A stretch of DNA of 64,000 bases from contig CP170459.1 of NCBI GenBank assembly GCA_047947115.1, forward strand, positions 4,640,001 through 4,704,000, in the 5' to 3' direction. The notes under the pieces were generated by a model, which had not been told where the DNA came from, did not search any database, and saw only the letters and a program-made list of their open reading frames with translations. Of the stretch, positions 49,873 to 59,787 are shown piece after piece (positions within the stretch are counted from its first letter, which is position 1; every line of letters begins with the position of its first letter). This DNA is from Verrucomicrobiota bacterium. GTDB taxonomy: Bacteria; Verrucomicrobiota; Verrucomicrobiia; Limisphaerales; AAA164-E04. The position numbers and the translations under genes are program-made.

Positions 49873-51350
49873 TTCGACGATCCGGCAGTGGCGGTGAGGG
49901 CTTGGTGGAGTTCCTGTTTCAACTTGCCGCGGGTTTCGGCGATTTGTTCGAGGAGTGCTTCGTATTCGGGCAGGAGTTCCTCGACGCTACGGTTGTCACC
50001 TTCGGCTTGGTGTGGGTTTTTGATATCGAGGTTGTAGTTGTTCTTCTTGATGTCCTCGATGCAGACGCGCCAGGCTTGCTCGGTTTCCTTGCGCTTGGAG
50101 TAGCGCCCGTTTTTGTCGGGTTTGCCCCACCATTTTTTCTCGGATTTGAATTCCTCAATGCGGATGGGTTTGCCCTTGTTGTAGCTTTTGGCGCCCTCGG
50201 GATAGGGGTGCTCGTAATACCATACTTCGGTGGTGGGCTGCCCCTTGGTGAAGAACAGCAGATTCGTCTTGATCCCTGTGTAGGGATTGAAGACGCCGTT
50301 GGGCAAGCGGACGATGGTGTGGAGGTTGCACTCGCTGAGGAGTTTTTCCTTGATACGGGTTTTGACACCTTCGCCGAATAGGGTGCCATCGGGCAGGACG
50401 AGTCCGGCGCGGCCACCTGGTTTAAGCACGCGCATGATGAGGACGAGAAAAAGGTCAGCGGTTTCGCGGGTGCGGAACTCGCTGGGGAAATTAGCCTCGA
50501 TGCCGTCTTCTTCCATGCCTCCAAAGGGCGGATTGGTGACGATACAGTCGACGTATTCCTTAGGCTTCCAGTCGGTGAGGGGCCTTGAAAGCGTGTTGTC
50601 GTGCCGGACATTGGACGGGACGTCGATGCCGTGGAGCATGAGGTTGGTCATGCAGAGAACATGCGGGAGGTGCTTTTTCTCGATGCCGGAGAAGCAGCTC
50701 TAGAGGGTCGCCATGTCTTTGTCGGTCTTTGCCTGGTCGCGGAGGTGGTCGATGGCACAAGTGAGAAATCCTCCCGTGCCGCAAGCGGGATCGAAGACGG
50801 TTTCGCCAAGTCGGGGGTTAACTTGCTCAACGATGAACTGTGTGACGGCTCGAGGAGTTTAGAATTCGCCCGCATTACCAGCGGACTGAAGATCCTTGAG
50901 AATTTTCTCGTAGATGTCTCCAAACAGGTGGCGGTCGTCGGAGGCGTTGAAATCGATGGCGTTGATCTTGTTGACGACCTGCCGCATGAGGGTGCCGTTC
51001 TTCATGTAGTTGTTGGCATCCTCGAACGTCATTCGGATGAGCCCGGCGATGTGATCCTGTCCGGCGGCCATGTTCTTGAGCGCGGGAAGCAGTGTGAGGT
51101 TGATGAAATCGAGCAGTGCGTCGCCGGTGATCCCCTCCTCGTCGGCGGCCCAGTTGCGCCAGCGGAGGTGATCCTTCAGCGGGGACTTGTAGTCATCATC
51201 GAAGAGTTCGAGTTGTGTCTCGCGGTCATCGAAAATTTTAAGGAAAAAGAGCCAAGCCATTTGTTCGATGCGCTGGGCGTCACCATAGGTGCCGGCATCC
51301 TTGCGCATGATGTCTTGGATAGATTTTACGAGGTTAGAAATGTTTGGCAT
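49869..51350 (-). pseudogene. hsdM: Type I R-M modification subunit with two in-frame nonsense codons
   Basis: Single frame: AGEF*TPRAV (TAA 50859-61), DPACGTGGFL, MATL*SC (TAG 50700-02), then TNPPFGG. Confidence 0.92.
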
Positions 51351-51362
51351 GAGTTAATTATT

Positions 51363-53741
51363 CTATGCTGCGGTAGTGTAAATGGCGTTTTCAAGGTCTC
51401 GAATAGCGGCGCGATAGGCGGCTTTTCCACCGAAAAACTGAACGATTTCGATGGGGGTGCCAAAACCGCGCAGTGGATCGACTTTGAGGACCTCCATGGA
51501 CTCGACGGTCTGGATGCCGCTGTCGGCGTATTTCGCAAGCAGCGCCTCAAGGACAACGCGGGCCTGCTCTCCGTATTTGCCGAACACGTTGCGCTTCTTC
51601 ACGTCGTCGGCACGTTCTTTGCGCGTAAGTGGCGGTTGGTCGTAGGCGATGTGGCAAATAAGGTCAAAGGCGTCGTAATCGCGCCCGACTTGGTCCGCCA
51701 ACTCGTCGAGGAAAAGTCCTTGGGCGGCCAGTTCGTCGATCAGGGCTTTTTTCTGATCGGCCGCGTTCCATCGGGTCAGAAAGTCGTCGAGCGTGGCAAA
51801 AGACTTATGCAGGGTCTTGCGGGTGTAGTCCGTGAGCGATTCGGTGATAAGTCGACCATCGGCGTCGAGGTATTGAACCCGCTCAATGGCGACGCTAACC
51901 TCCACGTCGTCGACGAAGTAGCATCTTGGTACCCCGGGTGCTTCGCCGCCGGGACCGTAGGGTGGTGGCGGTGGCTCTCCGATGATTCCCTCCGGGGGGT
52001 CTTCCCCGTCCCCTGGTTCGCCGGGCTCATCGGGCGGAACGACCGTTTCGCCTTCCTCCGGCTCGTAAATCTGAACGGGTTCACCATCGAAGTCGGGATC
52101 GGCGAAGAGCGCAGTGGCGCGTTTGAAATCCATGATGGTGAAGAAGAGCTTGTCGTAATCTTCGTTGATGCGAGTGCCGCGACCGATGATCTGTTTAAAC
52201 TCGGTCATGCTGTTGATACGCTTGTCGAGAACAATGAGGTGGCAAGTCTGTGCATCCACACCAGTGGACATCAGTTGAGAAGTGGTGGCGATGACCGGAT
52301 AGGTGGACTCGGGGTCGATGAAATTGTCGAGCTGTGCCTTACCCTCGTTGTTGTCACCGGTGATGCGCATGACATATTTGCTGTTCTCACCCGCAAGGTC
52401 AGGGTTGGCGTTGACGAGTGCCTGACGCATGCGTTCCGCGTGGTCGATATTTTCGCAGAAAACAATGGTCTTGGCGTAACGATTGGTGGCCTTGAGGAAT
52501 TCGGTGATTTTCGTAGCGACGAGATCGGTGCGCTTGTCGAGGACAAGATTGCGGTCCATGTCGCGTTCATTGTATTCGCGGTCCTCAATCTCAAAACCGT
52601 ATTTATCGAGCTTGCCCGCCTCCGGTCGCCAACCGTCGAGATCCTTGTCGAGGCCGATCCGGACAACCTTGTATGGCGCGAGGAAGCCGTCGTTGATGCC
52701 CTGACGAAGCGAGTAGGTGTAGATGGGCTCACCGAAGTATTCGATGTTGGAGACATCTTTTGTCTCTTTTGGTGTGGCGGTGAGACCTATCTGGGTGGCT
52801 GAGGTGAAATACTCGAGAACTTGACGCCAGGCAGCGTCAGCGGCGGCGCTGCCACGATGGCACTCATCAACAATGATCAGGTCAAAGAAATCAGGTGAGA
52901 ACTGTTTGTAAATGTTGCTGGCTTCCTCCGTGCCAGTGACGGCCTGGTAAAGGCAGAGATAAATCTCGTAGGACTTATCGACAGTGCGGTTGGTAATCTT
53001 TGTCATCGCCTGACCAAACGGCTTGAAGTCATTCGTCTTGGTCTGATCAGCAAGTATGTTTCGATCAACGAGAAAGAGGATGCGCTTCTTAGCGCCGGAT
53101 TTCCACAACCGCCAAATGATCTGAAACGCAGTGTAAGTCTTGCCCGTGCCCGTCGCCATGACGAGAAGAAGGCGATCCTCACCACGAGCAATGGCATCGA
53201 CCGTTCGATTGATGGCGTTAATCTGGTAATAACGTGGTTTCTTACCGCTGCCATCGTCGTAGTAGTCGAAAGTAGCGATGGCTTGCTGCTGAGGAGTATA
53301 CCCCTTGGAGGTGCAGTAACGTTGCCAGAGTTCTTCGGGGCTTGGGAACTTGTCGAGAGGAATCTCCCGTTCAACTGGATGTGCGCCAGGAGTTCGGTCG
53401 TGTTCGAGAAAACCATCACCATTGGAACTATAGGCGAAAGGAAGATCAAGGATCTCAGCGTAATCGAGTGCTTGTTGCATCCCTGCTCCGATGGCGTGAT
53501 TGTTGTCTTTTGCCTCGATGACGGCGATGGGAATATTCGGTTTGTAGAAGAGAATGTAATCGGCTTTTTTTGACTCACCCCGGTGCACGGTCTTCCCACG
53601 CACAATGACGCGCCCCTTGGTAAAGTGATGCTCTTCCAGGAGTTGGGTCATAACATCCCAGGAACCCTGCTTCTCTCTGTCGAGAGCAGGCGTAATGAAC
53701 TTGGTGCGGATGTCCGCTTCAGTCAGTGTTTTTTTGTTCAT
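51363..53741 (-). CDS. hsdR: Type I restriction endonuclease subunit R (EcoAI/type IB-like)
   Basis: ADYIL...IAVIEAK...QQALDYA nuclease motifs; [21 protein letters not shown] and QIIGRGTR. Confidence 0.95.
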   Translation of the reverse strand: MNKKTLTEADIRTKFITPALDREKQGSWDVMTQLLEEHHFTKGRVIVRGKTVHRGESKKADYILFYKPNIPIAVIEAKDNNHAIGAGMQQALDYAEILDLPFAYSSNGDGFLEHDRTPGAHPVEREIPLDKFPSPEELWQRYCTSKGYTPQQQAIATFDYYDDGSGKKPRYYQINAINRTVDAIARGEDRLLLVMATGTGKTYTAFQIIWRLWKSGAKKRILFLVDRNILADQTKTNDFKPFGQAMTKITNRTVDKSYEIYLCLYQAVTGTEEASNIYKQFSPDFFDLIIVDECHRGSAAADAAWRQVLEYFTSATQIGLTATPKETKDVSNIEYFGEPIYTYSLRQGINDGFLAPYKVVRIGLDKDLDGWRPEAGKLDKYGFEIEDREYNERDMDRNLVLDKRTDLVATKITEFLKATNRYAKTIVFCENIDHAERMRQALVNANPDLAGENSKYVMRITGDNNEGKAQLDNFIDPESTYPVIATTSQLMSTGVDAQTCHLIVLDKRINSMTEFKQIIGRGTRINEDYDKLFFTIMDFKRATALFADPDFDGEPVQIYEPEEGETVVPPDEPGEPGDGEDPPEGIIGEPPPPPYGPGGEAPGVPRCYFVDDVEVSVAIERVQYLDADGRLITESLTDYTRKTLHKSFATLDDFLTRWNAADQKKALIDELAAQGLFLDELADQVGRDYDAFDLICHIAYDQPPLTRKERADDVKKRNVFGKYGEQARVVLEALLAKYADSGIQTVESMEVLKVDPLRGFGTPIEIVQFFGGKAAYRAAIRDLENAIYTTAA

Positions 53742-54804
53742 GCTGCGTTCCTTCCTCGTTACTGCTTTCCTTTTCGCCGCCGCCAAGTCCCAGCACTTCG
53801 GCATCGAAGTCCGAAATGTAGAGGCGGTCCTGGACGATGCGGTATTTCTCGAATTCGGACTCGGCGTGGGCTTTGGCGATCTCGGCGGTGACTTTGCCGG
53901 CGTCCTGAAGGATCTCGCGGTCGGTTGCTTCGATGAATCGGTTGAGGCGGGTTTCCCAGTCCTGCATGGTCATGGGGATCTGTCGCTGTGCCATGTCCTC
54001 GGCGACGTCCAGGTAGGCGTTCACGAGCCGGGAGAGCTGAGCCATCTCGGGCTCGGTCAGGTAGTTCTTGGCGACACTGACATCGAACTTCTGGATCTTC
54101 CCGTGAGGAGCGTCACTCCACGTAGTAAGCCCCATGTGCTGTTTCTCTGCATCGGCCCGATCCACGATCACCTCGGCGGCGGTGTGACCGTGGATGGCCC
54201 AGTGGAGCTTGTTCTGCACGGTCGCGAAAAAGCGCTGAGTGGCGGTGGCGCTTCGGTCGTAGTCGATGGCGGTGGCGTAGATGTCGGTGATCTTCTGGTA
54301 GAACTTGCGCTCGCTGAGCCGGATTTCGCGGACGCGCTGAAGCTGTTCCTCGAAATACTGGCGTGTCAGGACGGTGCCACCGTGTTTGAGGCGCGCATCG
54401 TCCATGGCAAAGCCCTTGACAGTGAATTCCTTGACCACTGTGGTCGCCCACTTGCGGAACTGGACGGCTCGCTCAGAGTTGACCTTGTAGCCGACAGAGA
54501 TGATGGCAGAGAGGTTGTAGTGCTGCGTTTGGTAGAATTTGCCGTCAGTAGCAGTTATCCGAAATTTTCGGATAACTTCCATTTCCTCCAATTCACTGTC
54601 CTTGTACACCTTCTGCAGGTGGTAATTGATCGTTCGGACGTCGACATCATAGAGAACGGCCATCATTTTCTGGCTCAGCCAGACATTCTCGTCGGCATAA
54701 ACTGCCTCAACACCCCCTTCGCCCTTGGCAGTGATGAAAGTGAGGTATTCGGCCGCGGAAGAGCGCGTGATGGAGGTTTCCTTGTTGCCGGGCTTCTTTT
54801 TCAT
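53719..54804 (-). CDS. rhuM: Virulence RhuM family protein
   Basis: [54 protein letters not shown] and SDFD. Confidence 0.92.
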   Translation of the reverse strand: MKKKPGNKETSITRSSAAEYLTFITAKGEGGVEAVYADENVWLSQKMMAVLYDVDVRTINYHLQKVYKDSELEEMEVIRKFRITATDGKFYQTQHYNLSAIISVGYKVNSERAVQFRKWATTVVKEFTVKGFAMDDARLKHGGTVLTRQYFEEQLQRVREIRLSERKFYQKITDIYATAIDYDRSATATQRFFATVQNKLHWAIHGHTAAEVIVDRADAEKQHMGLTTWSDAPHGKIQKFDVSVAKNYLTEPEMAQLSRLVNAYLDVAEDMAQRQIPMTMQDWETRLNRFIEATDREILQDAGKVTAEIAKAHAESEFEKYRIVQDRLYISDFDAEVLGLGGGEKESSNEEGTQHEQKNTD

Positions 54805-54890
54805 AATGCGACTCCAACCTTTTTGAGGATGTCACGGAGGACTTTGTCGGTTTTCTTTTCACCCTTAAATTTGTATATCAATCTCCCCAT
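54801..54890 (-). pseudogene. 29-aa leader ORF, probable hsdM C-terminal remnant, coupled to rhuM
   Basis: [33 protein letters not shown] overlap with rhuM; the tail resembles HsdM C-termini (recalled, not searched). Confidence 0.4.
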
Positions 54891-54916
54891 GATTTAACCA
54901 TTTATTATTTAGCAGG

Positions 54917-54945
54917 ATACTAGCGAGACAGCCAGGGTTTGGAAA
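54917..54945 (-). promoter_or_regulatory. Putative sigma70 promoter TTTCCA-17-TAGTAT (copy B)
   Basis: Homologous to 48127-48155, including the flanking TTCGTTCTTTCCAAA. Confidence 0.6.
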
Positions 54946-55116
54946 GAACGAACATCGGACATTTCACGGCATTTACTTGATGCCTCCGGTTCTCGGCACA
55001 GGTTTTATACAGTTGACCCAGAATCTGCGCTAAACCTTATCATCTCGTAGATAGCGGTTAATTTAAGTCCTCCCCCCCTCTTGGCATCTCGGTCCCGAAA
55101 ATGGTATACTGGATCC

Positions 55117-55329
55117 ATGGAACCAGACACTTCCCCATCCCCTGTCGCGGTGAGTCGCGACGTGTCGCGATAATCTCTTTCTGTTGAGGAGGTGGTTTTG
55201 TTGTTCGTGGAGGCTGGACTTCCCCGCTCTCATCGATCCATTCAACGTGCCTGCAAGCGAGGTCATTTTGATGCCATTCTTGGCGATACGGAAAAAGGAC
55301 AACAGCATTTCATCACCCCGGATTCAGTT
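55117..55329 (+). pseudogene. Truncated HTH-type mobile-element protein with an internal stop
   Basis: MEPDTSPSPVAVSRDVSR*SLSVEEVVLLFVEAGLPRSHRSIQRACKRGHFDA...FITPDSV; TAA at 55171-73; upstream TTGGCA-18-TATACT. Confidence 0.5.
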
Positions 55330-55430
55330 ATTCGAAATTTTCGAATAACTGAATCTTCCGCGAGTTCGTTATCGGCGAAGACTTTCTTGAGGTGGTAGTT
55401 GATGGTGTGGGTCTTTACGTCGTAAAGGAC
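55326..55430 (-). pseudogene. rhuM: Internal fragment of a second rhuM copy
   Basis: [35 protein letters not shown] aligns without gaps to rhu[36 protein letters not shown]. Confidence 0.8.
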
Positions 55431-55542
55431 ATCAAGGAAAGACTATCCTGGAAAGCGACCAAGAATTCACCAGACGACAGGTCACTTCAAAATGTAACAC
55501 CATCGGCAATCAGCTTCGAGCAACAAAGACTATTGAATAATA

Positions 55543-55627
55543 TTAACCACAGATGCCGCCGATTTTCGCAGATGTTTTTTTAGGTTTCTCCTTAATATCT
55601 GCGCCCATCTGCTTAATCTGCGGTTAA
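55543..55627. repeat. Inverted-repeat element of the CGCAGAT family (second copy)
   Basis: Left arm TTAACCACAGATGCCGCCGATTTTCGCAGAT; right arm ATCTGCGCCCATCTGCTTAATCTGCGGTTAA. Confidence 0.7.
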
Positions 55628-55681
55628 AAAATCTCCTTTTCAATTCTTCATCCACCCATCGGCGGCTGGCTGAACAAACCC

Positions 55682-56724
55682 TCAACGCGCCGCCGGGTTA
55701 AAACCTTCGGTGATGTGAACCTGGCCCTGAGCATCCATCAGCATGACTTCTGTTTGGGGTTGTTCACGGATCAACCGCAAACCCTCGGCAGGCCCCAACA
55801 CAAAGACGGCTGTGGCGAGCGCATCTGCTGTTTCCGCCAGGGGGGCAATCACAGTCACTGATTGACAGCCATTGGCTGGTCTGCCTGTTCGGGGATCGAG
55901 GATGTGGTGATACCGCACTCCCTGGTGCATCCGAAAGTTTTCGTAGTCACCGGAGGTCACGATGGCTCCATCCGACATTTCCACCACCGTAAGAAACTGG
56001 TTCGAGTCTTTGCGAGGATGCCGGACGGCGACTCTCCATGGACGCCCGTATTTCAAACCGGCAACCAGAATATCCCCACCTCCATCAATGTAAAAATTGT
56101 TCAGCCCCGCCTTCCGGAGGACACGACCGGCACGGTCAATCCCATACCCTTTGGCGATGCCTCCCAAGCCAATTTGCATACCAGGCTTGTTTAATGCGAC
56201 CCGGTTTTGGTCGACCATGATCCTTCGGTAATCCACTCGTGCGACCGCCTTTTGAATGGTTTCCTCGTCGGGGGGGAGAACACCGGATCACGCAAGTCCC
56301 AAAGCTTACCCATTCCCTTCCATGTGATGTCGAAGGCACCATGACTCTTTTCGCTGATTTGTCGGGCCCGAAGAATGATATCACGCAACTCATCCGGAAC
56401 TTCGACGGGCTCTTTTCCGGCTTGATCATTAACGACGCTGACGGGTGAATCCGGCTTCCATTCGCTCATGATGGATTCAACACGCGCCACTTCTTCAAAG
56501 GCTGCCTGGATCTGTTCCTGAATCGCGGCATGGCTCATTTGGTTGGTGTGGGCCACCTGAATGATCCACCTTGTTCCCATGAGTTGTTTTTCGGAAACGA
56601 CAGGGCTCTCGGAATCAGAGCCCCTGTCGAGGCTTTGATACCCTTTCCAAGCAAACCACCCACCCACCAAAACGCCAACCAGGAACATACCCCCCAGACG
56701 GCTTATGTATGGCTTACGTTGCAT
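55682..56724 (-). pseudogene. apbE: FAD:protein FMN transferase, split by a 1-nt frameshift (possibly a sequencing error)
   Basis: LMGT and GAFDIT; LGGIAKGY, TSGDYE, YHHILDPRTG and ADALATA. One extra base in the G7 run at 56270-76 restores FSPPDEETIQKAVARVDY. Confidence 0.88.
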
Positions 56725-56760
56725 CAGGCATAATGATCATGCTTTGCTCAAAATTGGAAC

Positions 56761-57621
56761 TCAAAACACCAGTTCCACCCAGCGCTTTCCGGCTTTCAAT
56801 TCCGCCTTGCGCCGTTCCCATGTTTCTTTGGATCCCGCCACTTTGGCGAAAACTTCGTCGAGTTCGGCGCAGATGGATTCCAATCCCGCCACATAAACCT
56901 GGGTATTGGCCTCCAGCAGCATGGTCCAGATTTCCTCTCCGCGTGAAATCAAAGCACTGTGCCAATCAATCGCATCGGACCAATGTGGACGCTGACTCAG
57001 GGCGGTGATGGCTTCGAAGGTTTCGTTGTCGTAGTAGAGTGCAAAATCATTGCGCACATCATTCATATACAACAGATCCAATCCCGTTCTTCCCCCATGG
57101 AACAAACGAATGTGGCCTTTGTATTCGGGAACATGCTGGTAGAGATGCTTGATGAATCCGCGAAAGGGTGCGATTCCCGTACCTGCGCCGATGAGGATGA
57201 GTGTGGCATCCAGGTTGTCCGGCACTTCAAAAGCCAGACCATATGGACCGGTAATGATCAAGTCATCACCCGGTTTCAGATCACAAAGATAATTGGACGC
57301 AACTCCCCTGTATCGTTCCCCGTTATAGTCGTCAATATAATCGCAACGGCGGACACACAAGGGCAGGCGCACCTTTCCATCCGGTTGTTTTTCAGGCAGT
57401 CCGGCGACACTGTACAAGCGAAAATGATGTTCCAGCCCGAAGGAGCTGCCCCCTGGAGCCAACACGCCGAGGTTTTGACCCACTTGAATGGAAAACTCGC
57501 CCCCTCCCACATCCATTACAATTTCGCGGACCTCCTCCGATGAGTCGTCCGGGGTGATACGTTCCGTTGAGATCACCGTGGCGGTGAACTGTTTTGAAGT
57601 GTCATAATCCTGCAAACGCAT
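56761..57621 (-). CDS. Ferredoxin-NADP+ reductase-like oxidoreductase (PetH/BoxA-type)
   Basis: RLYSVA, GVASNYLCDL..GD...ITGPYG and GAGTGIAPFR motifs. Confidence 0.88.
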   Translation of the reverse strand: MRLQDYDTSKQFTATVISTERITPDDSSEEVREIVMDVGGGEFSIQVGQNLGVLAPGGSSFGLEHHFRLYSVAGLPEKQPDGKVRLPLCVRRCDYIDDYNGERYRGVASNYLCDLKPGDDLIITGPYGLAFEVPDNLDATLILIGAGTGIAPFRGFIKHLYQHVPEYKGHIRLFHGGRTGLDLLYMNDVRNDFALYYDNETFEAITALSQRPHWSDAIDWHSALISRGEEIWTMLLEANTQVYVAGLESICAELDEVFAKVAGSKETWERRKAELKAGKRWVELVF

Positions 57622-57632
57622 AGTCTTTCCTT

Positions 57633-57839
57633 CTATTGAACTTGATTCTGATTCGCCCCATTGCAAGGAGTCGTACAATGACAACCGTGGCAGCGCATGC
57701 GGCCGGCCAGCACGTCCTCATCGGCGTTGGTGACCGCGAACACCCTTCGCCAAGCCAGTTGCACGATCAACCAGGCACAAAAAATGATCGTGATACCCAG
57801 GAACGCCTTGATTCCGCTTGTTAGCAAAGTGGACCACAT
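57633..57839 (-). CDS. Small single-TM Cys-rich protein in the rnf operon
   Basis: 68 aa; TM helix followed by DVLAGRMRCHGCHCTTPC; tightly spaced between rnfA and the FNR gene. Confidence 0.65.
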   Translation of the reverse strand: MWSTLLTSGIKAFLGITIIFCAWLIVQLAWRRVFAVTNADEDVLAGRMRCHGCHCTTPCNGANQNQVQ

Positions 57840-57841
57840 AA

Positions 57842-58423
57842 CTAATTTCCCAATCCGGCAAATCCCATAAAACAAATCGACAACAACCCGGCCAGAATCA
57901 TGGCCAAAGCGGCACCCTTGACCATTTCAGGTGGACGGGCCAATTCCAGTTTTTCGCGCAGACCGGCCATCAGGATCAAAGCCAAGGTGAATCCCGACCC
58001 GGCTCCAACCGCAAACACGAGCGATTGTAAAAATCCGTATCCCTTGTTGGTTTGAAACAAGGCGACGCCCAAAATGGCGCAGTTGGTGGTGATGAGCGGT
58101 AAAAAGATCCCCAGTGCACGAAACAAGGCCAGGCTCATTTTCTTGATGAACATTTCCACCAATTGCACGGTGGAAGCGATCACCGCGATGAATGAAATCA
58201 ATTTCAAATACGGTGCGTCCATGGCGGTGAGCAGCGCGTTGATACCGAATGCGCACATTGAGCTGACCACCATGACAAAAGTCACCGCACCTCCCATGCG
58301 ACTGGCAGTTCCAAGCTTGGCGGACACGCCCAGAAACGGGCAAATCCCCAGGAAGTAGGCGAGGACAAAATTATTGACGAGGCAGGAGTTCAAGAATATC
58401 TGCCACAAGGAATCTTCATTCAT
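57842..58423 (-). CDS. rnfA: Rnf/Rsx complex subunit A
   Basis: NNFVLAYFLGICPFLG and LGIFLPLITTNCAILG. Confidence 0.93.
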   Translation of the reverse strand: MNEDSLWQIFLNSCLVNNFVLAYFLGICPFLGVSAKLGTASRMGGAVTFVMVVSSMCAFGINALLTAMDAPYLKLISFIAVIASTVQLVEMFIKKMSLALFRALGIFLPLITTNCAILGVALFQTNKGYGFLQSLVFAVGAGSGFTLALILMAGLREKLELARPPEMVKGAALAMILAGLLSICFMGFAGLGN

Positions 58424-59073
58424 ACCAAAGTCTCCTTAACGTTGGAAGTTTCAGAACGCGCCTTTGCCTGGGCGCGCCAATTAAAGAACAAAAGCCAGCC
58501 GGCCAGGGTGAAGAAACCTCCGGGAGGCAGAACCATCACCACCCAGGGCTGAAACGAACTGCCAAACAACGACACACCAAACAGGCTGCCGCTGCCAAGT
58601 ATCTCACGCACTCCCCCCAGGCAGAGCAGTCCCAAGGTGAAACCTGTGCCCATCCCCAACCCGTCCAGAAAGGAACGTCCCAGACCGTTCTTGGAAGCAA
58701 ACGCCTCCGCTCGGCCAAGGATCAGGCAATTTACGACGATCAGGGAAATAAAAGCCCCGAGCGCTTTGTGCAGATCCAGACTGATCGCCTGGATCAGGTA
58801 ATCAACCACCGTCACGAACGTTGCGATGATCATGATGAAGGAAACAATGCGCACCTGTTTGGGCACGATCTGTCGAACGGATGAAACGACCAGATTGGAC
58901 ATGACCAGCACAAAAGCGGTGGCCAATCCCATCGCCAGTGCATTGACTGCGGTATTCGTCACCGCCAAGACGGGGCACATACCGAGCACTTGAACGAACA
59001 CCGGATTCTGTTTCCAAATTCCTTTTAAGAATTCATCAGTGCCGGTCGGATGTTTCTGGTCGATGTTAGTCAT
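58420..59073 (-). CDS. rnfE: Rnf/Rsx complex subunit E
   Basis: NPVFVQVLGMCPVLAVT, LIVVNCLILGRAEAFA and LPPGGF. Confidence 0.93.
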   Translation of the reverse strand: MTNIDQKHPTGTDEFLKGIWKQNPVFVQVLGMCPVLAVTNTAVNALAMGLATAFVLVMSNLVVSSVRQIVPKQVRIVSFIMIIATFVTVVDYLIQAISLDLHKALGAFISLIVVNCLILGRAEAFASKNGLGRSFLDGLGMGTGFTLGLLCLGGVREILGSGSLFGVSLFGSSFQPWVVMVLPPGGFFTLAGWLLFFNWRAQAKARSETSNVKETLV

Positions 59074-59076
59074 GGT

Positions 59077-59787
59077 TCATGGAGAACGTTTACCTTTCAG
59101 AAAGGCGTCCTTTTGAGCGTTCACTTTTGGCAGCCAAGAGGTGGAACTCTCCCGCAGCAGGGTCGCAGTGGCACGTGAGGTAATGGTCGCTCCCGAAATG
59201 CCGTCTATCTGCCAATCATCTGTTTTTTCGCCGGGTTTCACAAATTCAATAGGATTTGCCACCGACGATCCATCGGAAGTCAAACGGACATCCAAGGTCC
59301 CGAAATTCTTGAGAAACACAGGATCCGATTCAATGCGATCCCCCAGACCGGGAGTTTCCCGACTTTCCAGGACGCGAATACCAAGGATCGTTTCAGACTC
59401 GAAGGAATACCCATAAAGCAGGCGCACCACATCCTGATACCCCATCCCCTGCGCCTCGATGGCCAATCCAACCAATTGGTCACTCTCATCATAACCGGCG
59501 AACAAGAGTCCTCCGTTTTCCTGAGCCGACGGCACCGTGACAAATTGTTCCTGTTCATTCAGCATGAAAGCCTGCGTGGTGACGGCCCCGGGTAGGACGT
59601 CCTTAATGGCCTGTTCACGCATTTCGATGCGGTTCCGCTGGATGATGGGTTTGGTTCCCTCGTAAACGCCCACGATGATGAAACCGCACAGAAAGCCCAG
59701 TCCAACAACCGCCCGATACATCGGCCAGATCTTCGCCTTGTCGGCAACATGAGCCTTTTGAGCAGTATCCGTCGCGTCACTCATCAC
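59077..59787 (-). CDS. rnfG: Rnf/Rsx complex subunit G (FMN-binding)
   Basis: N-terminal TM; ETPGLGD; DGISGATITS flavinylation motif. Confidence 0.92.
   Translation of the reverse strand: MMSDATDTAQKAHVADKAKIWPMYRAVVGLGFLCGFIIVGVYEGTKPIIQRNRIEMREQAIKDVLPGAVTTQAFMLNEQEQFVTVPSAQENGGLLFAGYDESDQLVGLAIEAQGMGYQDVVRLLYGYSFESETILGIRVLESRETPGLGDRIESDPVFLKNFGTLDVRLTSDGSSVANPIEFVKPGEKTDDWQIDGISGATITSRATATLLRESSTSWLPKVNAQKDAFLKGKRSP

Larger units (their letters stand above)
41096..55630. mobile_element. Degraded tRNA-Gly-associated defence island (no integrase or second att copy found)
   Basis: Begins at the tRNA 3' end; att-like arm repeats; R-M/defence genes and many gene stubs; backbone resumes at apbE. 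Right boundary approximate. Confidence 0.75.

Noticed and set aside
50700..50861. Stop-codon reassignment or programmed readthrough in hsdM
   Set aside because: Two different stops (TAA, TAG), both of which terminate normal genes in this window; no recoding signal seen.
50601..52802. 733-aa plus-strand ORF
   Set aside because: Antisense shadow of hsdR/hsdM caused by codon bias; no motifs.
53695..54897. 400-aa plus-strand ORF
   Set aside because: Antisense shadow of rhuM.
54960..55680. Second att site or integrase at the island's right end
   Set aside because: No copy of the tRNA-Gly 3' end and no recombinase motifs found by eye.
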